Positions 26,401 to 36,900 of a DNA stretch of 64,000 nt are shown here, in pieces. Position 1 is the first letter of the stretch. Every line of letters begins with the position of its first letter. This stretch comes from Nemertoderma westbladi (Eukaryota; Animalia; Xenacoelomorpha): contig JAUCBJ010009012.1 of NCBI GenBank assembly GCA_032718475.1, positions 15,859 through 79,858 of the forward strand. The letters are read 5' to 3'. Below the pieces are notes generated by a model. That model had not been told where the DNA came from, did not search any database, and worked only from the letters and a program-made list of their open reading frames with translations. A program made the translations under genes and the position numbers.

Positions 26401-28352
26401 GTTAGAATTATTTAGCTATGAACTATTCCCATCACCTCCATCACTATTCAATGAGTATGGTGAATTACGTTCTGGAAAGAAAACTGATTTGGTTCCTCTG
26501 GCAGTAAATGGGGCCAACCCACTCCCTCCTGTTGATTTGGAACTAGTTGATGGAAATGCTTCGCTATACCATATTTATTGGACCAACAAGTTATCTGTAG
26601 CCGCTTTTTGTGATGCCTACTGCAGCAACTATACAGATACAGTAGCTGAACACCATCATGAAACGTATATAATATTTGATCGTTACTTTCCAAGTAGCAT
26701 TAAATCTTTAGAAAGGGAAAAGCGTAATAAATCCAACAGTTATCAACAATATGAACTATCACTAGAAACAATTCTACCTTCCAGAGACACTATTATGAAG
26801 TCTGTGAACAATAAACAAAATCTTATTCAATTGATGTGTAATTATACAACACATAAATCATTACACCTTGTTGGGGACTCTAATAATATATTCGAACATG
26901 AAGAAGCTGATGTTACTATTATTAGTTACATGTTAAAGTTATCTGATAATGACAACATCAGACATATACAAATAACAACAGATGATACAGACATTTTCGT
27001 ACTAGCAGTATTCTTCTTCTGGCTATATCAACCAACTGTTCAACTCTCCATACGTAGATTTAATGGGAAAATCATAAATATCAACACAACTGCTATCCAA
27101 CTCGGAAATCAGTGTGCTGGTCTCCTTTCTTTACACGCTTTATCTGGTTGTGATACAGTATCATATCCATATGGGAAGGGAAAAAAGAACGCAATGAAAT
27201 TGCTGTGTAGGTTGCACGAATCTCTGGAGATTTTCTGTGATCCAAATGTTACAGAAGAAGAATGGCTACAAATAGGCCTCTCGTTCATTATACGCCTCTA
27301 TGGTGGTGGCATATCGGATACTCTGAATGAACTTCGACATAGGCTATTCACTACAAAGAAGCAACACCCTAAAGTATTCAACCTTCCCCCCACACAGAGT
27401 GCTGCTGTACAACATGTAAAACGGGCTCGTTTGCAAGTTTTTTTGTGGAGAGCTGCTGATGATACTGCACTTCCACTGTTGGCTGTTAACAAGTTTGGTT
27501 GGATGGCGATCAATGGCAAACTGATAGCGGACCCTCGCGTCTCATCCATTGCCCCAATTTCGATCCTTAAAACTATATGTTGTAATTGCAAGTCCGAAAG
27601 CGCCCGTTCTTCCAATCGATGCGGATGTTCTATAGCCGCTCTACCATGTACTACAATATGCACCTGCACCACTTCAAAGTGTAAAAATAAATACAATGTT
27701 TAAAGCAATGTTCCGTTTAAATAATTAATTTAATAAACATACAACTCTTCTAGCTGATTGATTAACTTTCGTAATACCAGTAATGGAGAATATTTGGGAT
27801 AGATACCCAGATAGGTAGGCCTACGCAGTAAAGAATGATGGCACATTGAATCTACTGTACCTATTTTCTGCAATCATTGGATAGATAAACGTAAAAATTT
27901 GCATTTGAAAGGAAAAAACTAACTCATCTAATTAAATGAAAACGAAATGTGATTAATAACCCCCCCCCTCCCCCCAGTGATGATAATTGTTTGCTTTTAT
28001 AAATAGTTACATAAATAATCTAAAGTTTAATAGTTGGCATATCTTAATTAACATCCCAAAGGCCAAAATTTCTGATTAATATTGTTGCTATGGGAACTAA
28101 TCTTCTAGAAATCTTATTCAGAATAATTAACAAGAGCTGTGGCAATAGGTGCAAGGTCGCAGATATCTCAAAATAAAACCTTGTATGGCGGTTGCTATGG
28201 AAACTTAGGTTAAGTGCTTTATAAAAAGTTCCCCAAAGGTGCCGAAGTGGCACCCGACGGATTTTGATTGCTCTAAGGTCCAACTAAAGTTTAAGCAAAT
28301 AAAAATGCGTGATGACCCAAAGTCACGGTGGACCCCTCTGTCTACCTGACTA
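23458..28352 (+). mobile_element. Academ-superfamily DNA transposon (XPG-type), internally deleted
   Basis: Imperfect TIRs starting TAGTC(CA/AG)GTAGAC and sharing ACCGTGA..TTGGGTCATCACGCA.TTTTATTT; encloses an XPG-nuclease/Cys-rich ORF; no perfect TSD seen. Confidence 0.75.
25109..27703 (+). CDS. Academ-like transposon protein: partial transposase, XPG/FEN1-like nuclease and C-terminal Cys-rich (CXC) finger
   Basis: GHWNYAR and DQFGEQT motifs; nuclease motifs VDG, HEEAD, DDTD, SGCDT..GKGK; LPPT..A..QH..RA..Q..W; C-terminal CNC..CGC..PC...CTC...C. Confidence 0.8.
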   Translation: MDDSCLFCRKTSGTLITGGPIRIMNIIACSAARESDNLNEILQRKLNNDSELNVIFHKQCISTYTSKQHIERELKRRHISNSQKLPEPHVKKLEEILGMSNFKGVNSMLNGKAWPKAVRGLRMVVSGLLKDIINPCSSLVTVRKSIDNMRLSRTGKLWVDCLIIPVSIIHVYIRAKNTANWNLHMCALKMMLPYFFSSGHWNYARYITWHIEEIERGLPSDALNAFIEGDFVCRHQEGMCNSVWKDQFGEQTYIRKGKSLGGLKGKTLSQEQSTIWVLSHHICNMFALGVDNMFDSGLVEDDEDREGDLRRHKKEGTKRRHLDAGDRISILRTLKKCRDPFGFNDTNVLINILNGRIAPPEVNVDNAVKLGLESARAFKSTLPNGFYQRITRSVLTMDLKPTRGKHGCKTYDMERLYARLLIVSQKRNIDLLELFSYELFPSPPSLFNEYGELRSGKKTDLVPLAVNGANPLPPVDLELVDGNASLYHIYWTNKLSVAAFCDAYCSNYTDTVAEHHHETYIIFDRYFPSSIKSLEREKRNKSNSYQQYELSLETILPSRDTIMKSVNNKQNLIQLMCNYTTHKSLHLVGDSNNIFEHEEADVTIISYMLKLSDNDNIRHIQITTDDTDIFVLAVFFFWLYQPTVQLSIRRFNGKIININTTAIQLGNQCAGLLSLHALSGCDTVSYPYGKGKKNAMKLLCRLHESLEIFCDPNVTEEEWLQIGLSFIIRLYGGGISDTLNELRHRLFTTKKQHPKVFNLPPTQSAAVQHVKRARLQVFLWRAADDTALPLLAVNKFGWMAINGKLIADPRVSSIAPISILKTICCNCKSESARSSNRCGCSIAALPCTTICTCTTSKCKNKYNV

Positions 28353-28604
28353 ATTAAAAATGTTAGAATGTATTATTGTCTGGCGAGTTACGAAGCAGGA
28401 CCTTATCGCCCCTATAAATTGCATTTTTGTTGGGAACTCATCGTCCCTGGTCCTTTATCGCCCCTGTCATTATTCAGGCTACATTCCCTCAAATTCCCTC
28501 TAAGTCAAACTTTAGTTATTTGTCTACAGTTATATTTATACTCAAATAGTTTCACTTAGAGGAGGCCTACAATTATAAATATTCATTATCAATTCATAGA
28601 CAAA

Positions 28605-28785
28605 GCAGCCGCTTGGTCTATTGGTAACAATCTGGACTTTCATTGAGGAGGCCCAAGGTTCGATCCCTGGACGACCCTCACGGGACTTTAATTGCTGCAG
28701 ACTAGCTCTATCCAGGCTTTCATCTTTCACTGGTCGATAAATTGGAACCATGGAAACTTGGAAAACGGAAGAGTTAACTGTGTGA
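28605..28785 (+). mobile_element. tRNA-derived SINE (head and central domain)
   Basis: A-box-like TGGTCTATTGG, B box GGTTCGATCCC, then GCTTTCATCTTTCACTGGTCGATAAATTGGAACC, which resembles central domains of invertebrate SINEs (from memory, unverified). Confidence 0.6.
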
Positions 28786-30002
28786 GATCACCCATGGTGG
28801 TGAACAGGCATTCCATTGAGAAACAGAATGGAAGGGTTTACTGTGGAAGATCACATCACCCATGGTGGTGAACAGGCATTCCTTTAGGATACAGAGTGGA
28901 AGGGTTTACTGTGGAAGATCACCCATGGTGGTGAACAGGCATTCCATTGAGAAACAGAGTGGAAGGGTTTACTGTGGAAGATCACATCACCCATGGTGGT
29001 GAACAGGCATTCCTTTAGGATACAGAGTGAAAGGGTTTACCTTGGAAGATCACCCATGGTGGTGAACAGGCATTCCATTGAGAAACAGAGTGGAAGGGTT
29101 TACTGTGGAAGATCACATCACCCATGGTGGTGAACAGGCATTCCTTTAGGAAACAGAGTGAAAGGGTTTACCTTGGAAGATCACCCATGGTGGTGAACAG
29201 GCATTCCATTGAGAAACAGAGTGGAAGGGTTTACTGTGGAAGATCACATCACCCATGGTGGTGAACAGGCATTCCTTTAGGATACAGAGTGAAAGGGTTT
29301 ACCTTGGAAGATCACCCATGGTGGTGAACAGGCATTCCTTTAGGATACAGAGTGAAAGGGTTTACCTTGGAAGATCACCCATGGTGGTGAACAGGCATTC
29401 CATTGAGAAACAGAGTGGAAGGGTTTACTGTGGAAGATCACATCACCCATGGTGGTGAACAGGCATTCCTTTAGGATACAGAGTGAAAGGGTTTACCTTG
29501 GAAGATCACCCATGGTGGTGAACAGGCATTCCTTTAGGATACAGAGTGAAAGGGTTTACCTTGGAAGATCACCCATGGTGGTGAACAGGCATTCCATTGA
29601 GAAACAGAGTGGAAGGGTTTACTGTGGAAGATCACATCACCCATGGTGGTGAACAGGCATTCCTTTAGGATACAGAGTGAAAGGGTTTACCTTGGAAGAT
29701 CACCCATGGTGGTGAACAGGCATTCCTTTAGGAAACAGAGTGAAAGGGTTTACTGTGGAAGAACACCCATGGTGGTGAACAGGCATTCCTTTAGGATACA
29801 GAGTGGAAGGGTTTACCTTGGAAGATCACCCATGGTGGTGAACAGGCATTCCTTTAGGAAACAGAGTGGAAGGGTTTACTGTGGCAGATCACCCATGGTG
29901 GTGAACAGGCATTCCTTTAGGAAACAGAGAGGAAGGGTTTACTGTGGAAGATCACCCATGGTGGTGAACCGGCATTCCTTTTGGAAAGAGTGGAAGGGTT
30001 TT
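28786..30002. repeat. 63/68-bp minisatellite, about 19 copies, directly following the SINE head
   Basis: Unit GATCACCCATGGTGGTGAACAGGCATTCC...GAAGGGTTTAC..TGGAA. Confidence 0.95.
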
Positions 30003-30571
30003 CACTGGCGGGGAACACTGGCTTACTAATACCTAAACGTTTCTCCCATTTAAAATTAATATTTGTCACGGTGACAACAAGTTCCCAGGGGCGATACGGC
30101 CCTACAATCTTGTGGAAGGGATGAGGGTTTGAGCACATCTTATGATGGAATCCATGACAGGTGGCTCTAGTAATAATTTGTCTATGTTTCTGTCCAGGTC
30201 CTCTCCAAATGGAATTAGAGATTGCGAGGCCTCTAAGTATCCATCAGAAATCTGTCATTTGTTTCTGAAGGCTTTGTACTTGACGATAACATCGTGGTCA
30301 AAGGAGTTTTGGCATTTTTGGACTGGTTCCTTAGTAGAGTTAACAGCTTTATGTAAACTGAACTGCTATTAATGGTGACGAAGATCGTCGCTTAACCTGC
30401 AGGAACTGTTAATGAGTCATGAAATTTGAATGTAACAATGACAACTAGAACCGTTCCTATAATAAATTAAATTTGAAAACAGAAATTGTTTCGTACCATT
30501 ACTGAACTGGGAGGTTCAACCACTATATTGTTTGATGGAGTCCAATTCGGAGGCAATATTTTCGGCGACAT

Positions 30572-31750
30572 TGTAAAAGCTTTTGCGGATATAATCAGTC
30601 CCCCTGCCCGCAAAGTACCGTTGTAGGTGTTTTAACGGACATAAAAGTCATTCTTCTATATGTGTGCTTTGGCGGACATGGCAAGGCACAAAACCCGCAA
30701 TGCGTCAAATACTCTAGCACAGTGTAGCCTTGATGATTCAGATTACGACATCTAACAGCTGGTTGCTGGCATGGAAACGGCCATTGGACACATGGTTCTT
30801 TGTTTAGCTTAACAGCCAATCAGGGCGATTTTTACTGTCGATGTGGAGATATTCTACAGATCGTGCTAGGAGTGTTCAGTCTTACTGTTTTCTTGTTACA
30901 GTTGTGTTGTTGCTTCTAGGCCAAGAACATCGGCTCTGGAGTCAATTTGTTTCAGACTTTAGAAGAAACATTAGTAGGCTTAGATTATAGAACGTATAAC
31001 TGTTATCGGCACAGTCCGGCAGATCGTATCATTGTTACATTATCGGTACATTGTCATATCATATCTTAACCTACCGTCTTAATGGTTTTACTGTTGTTTG
31101 GTTGAATATTATTACTTGGAGAACATCGATAAATAACCCAAATTTCTCAATTTTCTTGATACACTACAGGTTACATATAGCGATTGCGACTTATATTATC
31201 GTGGTTTGTAGTGAGTTTAATGCTATTTGATAGGCTCTACATGAGTCAATTGCTGTTCTCTTTATATATGATAAAATTCATTGACGGTCGGCAGATTAGT
31301 GTGCAGTATCGTGCGTTACCGGTAGTGTGCATGATTGTGGCTGATAACTAAGCATTTCCTAAAGAATGCGCCTCATACGTGAATCATAAGCCTTACAGTC
31401 TTACAGTTGTGTTTAGTATAAGTCATATCTCTGTTTACCTAGATAGAGCGCCACGTCCTAAAGGAACTGTTAATATTTCCCGAAAGTGAATAATACTCGT
31501 CAGAAATTATTTATTAACGATCAATCGAATAATACAGTAAGCTTACACTGCAATAATAAAATCTAAGCCCCATCCGAATCCAGTCTCCCGGGTATATCCA
31601 GCGGGTGAATGGACGCGCACTAGGCTGGCTTCGGCTAATGTTGTGTTTATTGGTATTAAATACTTGTCATTTACTAAAGTCTATTTATAAACCAAAAGAC
31701 ATATAAATTTTGGCAGGTTAAACTGCCAAAGGTCTTCAAAAGCGCGTACA
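30572..31750 (+). repeat. 5' LTR (1179 bp)
   Basis: TGTAAAAGC...GCGCGTACA; by eye differs from the 3' LTR by two substitutions and one 13-bp indel. Confidence 0.97.
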
Positions 31751-32074
31751 ATAACAGTTATTTTCTTTATTGCAGTAAGCAATAAAGTTGAAAGTACCGG
31801 TCGACCGGTAAACCTGAACCGGTACTGCTGTAGGTCCGTAGGCCCAACTGCCAGAATCGGTACTGCTGTAGGTCTGTAGGCCCAACTGTCCTAACCGGTA
31901 CTTCCAGTATAAGTACATTAGTATTATTCGATTTTGATTATTGTATACCGGTAGGTCTCGATATTAAATCGGGGACGCCTGGTTTTTATTGGGATTTTAC
32001 TTAGGTCTATTTCTGTCAGTTTTATTTCCTAGTAAGTTAATATTGAGCTGAAGACGTGTAAGTCTGCTCAGATT

Positions 32075-32660
32075 GTTCAGATAATTGTAGGCCGGACTGT
32101 TGTCGGACTGTTGTTGGGTCTGGAGAGATTGCGGCGTGTGTAGAGTCTGTCCGATAAAGTGCCAGTTAGTAAGTTGGGGCATCTTGAGTTGTAAGGTCAA
32201 TCCCCTCTTAAAGAATAAGTCGTACTACCGTGTTAGAACGCATACTAACTAACCATTTTGGAATCTGCATATACTGTAGTTTATTTAGGCTTGATAGTAG
32301 TCTGCCAGCGTTTTAGCCTGTGTTTGTTTGTGTGGTCTGTTCAGGTACCGTAATAGTTATTACTCAGATATTTTGTAGGCTGGATTGTTGTCTAGCTGTT
32401 ATTAGGTCTGAAGAGATTGCTGCGTGTGTAGAGTTTGTCTGATAAAGTGCCAGTTAGTAGTAAGTTGGGGCAGCCAGAGCTGTAAGGTCAATCCCCTCCT
32501 AAAGAATAAGTCGTACTACCGTGTTAGAACGCATACTAACTAACCATTTTGGAATCTGCACATACTGTAGTTTATTTAGGCTTGGTGGTAGTTTGCCAGC
32601 GTTTGGTTTGTATTTTGTTTGAGTATTCTGTACGGGTAGCGTAATATTTATTATTCAGAG
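32075..32660 (+). repeat. Diverged tandem duplication of about 290 bp in the retrotransposon 5' leader
   Basis: GAGATTGC.GCGTGTGTAGAG...GTAAGGTCAATCCCCTC.TAAAGAATAAGTCGTACTACCGTGTTAGAACGC occurs twice. Confidence 0.9.
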
Positions 32661-33924
32661 TTTATGCGATTATTCGCAACATTCATGTCCCCAAGTTTAT
32701 TCCTACAGTAATTGTGCTTGTTACACATACCGTTATAGTTAAATTAACCCCGGTACTACACGGGCTGCTTGGCGTAGGTAAAGACTGGTGACTTTGTGCT
32801 CCGGTCACTCCAGCAGATGCCGTGGTTCTTTTAACTGTTCAAGTATGTTTAACTGCTAGTTATCTGTTTTAATAAGTACTTGTACCTAATTTAGGGTTTG
32901 GTGTACAGTGCTTTCCGAAAGTAATTAGTGTGTAGGCAGTGTATTGTGTTGTAAAGTGGTTAATAGGCACGTTGGATCTGGTAGTCCGCGGTAATTAACT
33001 TCCAGGTAGGAACACTCCGTGATACATAACGTAGTACCTATAGCGATACGGCTATAGGTCGTCAGACGGTGGTATTTTTCCTATCTGGACAGCGCAACAT
33101 ATTTACTACTACTTATTATTTTCAAATACCGTAGTACCCTGTCCGTTGTAATAACCAGAAGTTCTAACCCTTTGTTAGACTGGTTTGTAGACTTCCTGTA
33201 AAATTACCCTAAAATTTCATACGTAATATTTTGTTGTGTTTTAATTAGAGAATTAATCTCACCCGTATCGTAAGTAATTTGTAGTATTAAGTAACTTAGG
33301 TAAATTAGAATTATCTGTTTTAGTGTCCAATAAGTAGCACTTCACTGAGAGCGCACAGCTTCTGTGTAGTGACTCCCCCCAGAAATAATAACATTTATTT
33401 CAAATATTGACAAAACCCATTTTAAACGGGTATATATATATTATAAATCAACTCAAACGATTTATAAATAGTAGGCCTGCCATACAACTACTGCTTAAAT
33501 AACGGTAATAAAGTAAGTTAAAGTAACTAAGTAACCTTTAAAATTCAGAAATTCAATTATTTAAATAATTGATATACCGGTATTCACGATAGGCCTATTA
33601 TCTTTATTTCTATAAATTTAGGCTGAAATTATACCGGTATTCTGTAATTAATTCTAGTCCAGAATTATACTTATATACTATAAGTATAGGCTGTATACCG
33701 GTATTCACGATAGGCCTATTATATATTTATATATATTTGTGTTAAAATTATATACCGGTATTCTGAGACAAACCTAGTTTACAATACTTATATATATTAT
33801 AAGTGTATACCGGTATTCTAATATACTGTAATAAATTACCGGTACTAGGCCAACGGTCATACTGAATTACTAGACTTGCTTTAACTGTAACTATAGCAGT
33901 AAGCATTCAACTGTATAGATAAAC

Positions 33925-36900
33925 ATGTCTGACACCCAGCAAAACCTGTCAGACAGTCTAATCGATACAACCATCTGTGACACAGATAGGAGTGTGGAGC
34001 GATTAAGAAAGGGGTTCAGCTCACCTCCTACTGAAAGAAAGGTCATCCCTCCAGTAGTAGTATCAGACCCTAGGCTAATCCAACACCGTAGGTCTATCAT
34101 CGGCACTCGGGCCCAAGTCAAACGGAACCAGGAAGCAGCTGTCCAACAGCAGCAACATCCTAGTCAAGAAACTTGTTCCCAGCGACCCGATAGCTCCAGT
34201 AGTTCGGATACTGTAGAGCTGACCCCCGAACGCGGAGTACAGATGGCGGCTACAGCCTACTCGGATCCACTTCTCACCCTTCCTGCCGCAGTATTAACAA
34301 CTATATTCATTGCGGTGGAGGAACACCAAGTCGATTGGGCGAGAAGTAAGCGAGCGACCCAAGATAGTTATGCGGGATACGCCAGGGAAGAATTGATGTC
34401 TATTGTCGAGTCACAATGGAACTTTCCCGGACCCGGACTCCCGTTAGATTTGTCCGAAGCTACTTGGGAAGACATACACAGGATGGAAGTGACTAAAGAT
34501 ACGATGGATCCAGCTGTTTGGAAGAGGTCGGCAGCAGGATATGTGCAGGGATTCTTCGGCTCCTTAGAGCGATTAGAAGAACAACTGTTTCGACAACCCC
34601 AAGGACCTCAAGAGCAGGAAGAGCTGCTATATCAAGTACGCGAAAGAACCCTACGCATTAGACTAATCCTATCAGCCTTTGAGGAAACTTCCAAAAGAAG
34701 ACAGGACACGTCGCTGCAGGTTGCTGTCAAAACTTGGTTCCAGCGGGTAGGTCTCAAAGTACAAGAAACGGCCCAGTGGAAATCCCAGCTGGCTGAGAGA
34801 CCAACCTATGAAGAACCAACCGATGCCACCCTTTCTCAAGAGGAAAGCAAAGGGACAGCAGAGAGACCGCGAACGAGAGACGCCATCGACATCTATCTGT
34901 CAGACTATCAACGCTTCTTGGGTGATGAAGAGTTGAGGAGACGACTGGCTGGACTTCGCCCCAATAGTGAAGGAGCCAAGCTTGTGTTGGACTCAATCGA
35001 TGCGGAAATGTTAGCTGCAAACAAAGCTAAATTTGATGAAAAACTCCGCCTCGCTAGAGTCCAAGAAGAACAAGTAAAGAAAAAACGGATAGAGGACCGA
35101 AAGGCAGCAGCAGTGGCAGAAGCAGAACGGAGAGCGTCTGAGGAGACTACCCAACTGGAGTTGGAAAATCTGCAAGAGACGCAAGACAACCTAAATAAAC
35201 AGTTAACTGCTAGTCAAATGCAGATGATGAGACGATCTACTCCCAAACGCCAGGGATACACATCATCGGAGGAAAGCGAAACCACCGATCCTGAAGGCGG
35301 AGGAAATAGATCTCGTCTAAGCAGGCGTAGAAAAACATCTCACCGTCACAAATTGCCTGATTTGCCCCCAGCGGTTAGAAGACAACTAGCTAGCACAGAC
35401 TTAAGTAGTACAGAACCCACAGACCAAATTATTCAGGTCAAAAGACTCCCTACAATAGTTGATGAGCCTGAAATAATTAGGCCTGTCGTTCCCAAAGCCA
35501 CTCCTGTACTAGAGACCCCTGTACTTCCAGAGCTTAACTCTAAATTCCCTTTACACAGTATTACACTGCCTGTACCTGGTAGAACAGTCCATGAGAATAT
35601 CCCTGTCCTGGAAGCTGAGAGAGAAATCAAAGATTTGTCTCCCGTCGTCCCGCGTCGGCCCGCTACAATGTTGGCGACTCCCGCTTCGGCGGTCGAGTGG
35701 GTAGAGGAGGGACGGCGGGGGATGAATCTCCTGCTCGGACAGATGCAGGAGACTGTCCACCAACTTAAGGGAACAGTAAGGGAAAGTAGGGCAGAATTGC
35801 AAGAAGTGCAGCAAAGTATCGCGCTAGAACGCGACAAATTAGTCAATATACAAAAGGGTATACCAATACCCCCAGTAACATTGTGTCAACCTGTTAGGTC
35901 TGAAGTATCACATGCGCAAGGTGTGGAGCCTACACGCATCTATACTGCTAGTGAAGTAGAAACTCCTATAGCAAACCCTATTAAGGGTGATTATAAACCT
36001 GTTGTTAATGATATTCCCTATAGACCTGATAATAATCCGAGAAATTCATATACCGATAATTCGATATTAAATAACACGATGGCCCAAGAAAGCTTTACGC
36101 GTCAGATGGCTAGAACAGAAGCCCGCCAAGCGGTCAAAGTGGGAGAGATCGTTAAATTCAATGGAGATGAGATGAAATGGTTACCTTTCAATGAATATTA
36201 CAAAGATAGCATACAGAACTCTGTACTATCTAACGGAGAGAAACTTAGATTCCTCATCAAGTGCTTGGAAGGACCTCCCAAGTTAATGGCGTTAAAGTTT
36301 ATTGGACATCCAGATGGATTAAGACAAGTTTGGGATACATTAAACATCAGGCATGGTAACAAGGATAACATAGCTAAGTATTTGTATGCAAAATTAGTAG
36401 CCCCCAGAAACTTCCTTAGTAGCGGGATTATAGAGTTTTCCGATGAGATTCAGGAGATCTGTAGACAATTGGACTGGTTAGGTAAGTCTCATGAATATCA
36501 GAGTTCCATGGTTATTGGAGCAGTAGTCTCTACTTTACCAAAGGGTGGAGTATGTACACGTTGGGACAAGAAAGTGTTGTATATGAATGAGCAGCAACGA
36601 CGAAGCCCTACCATGGCTGATCTCATGTCCTTCTTAGATGGTGAAGTAAAACTACAACTCATCAAGCAGTCCAGAGAGAAAACATCGGAAAATAAGGTAA
36701 GTGAGAAACCCGTTTCTAGGAGAAGAGTAACACCAGTGTGTTACACTGACGACGGCGAAAGCCAAGCTTCTCAAGAAGAGGACAGCGGAAAAGACACTGA
36801 CAAATTTTACTACGTTAACAAAACCTCAAAGGACGTAAGTAAATACAAGGCTCGAACCAAAGATAGGAGAGAACAGGTTGCTAAGACTCCTCCTCAGTCT

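Noticed and set aside
28605-28680. Functional tRNA genes here, at 19170-19245 and at 57746-57822
   Set aside because: A and B boxes are present but acceptor and anticodon stems do not pair properly; treated as SINE heads.
29255-30029. Repetitive MVVNRHSF ORFs
   Set aside because: Translations of the 63-bp minisatellite.
30595-30819. Identical 74-aa ORFs at 30595 and 47874
   Set aside because: Chance antisense ORF inside the duplicated LTR.
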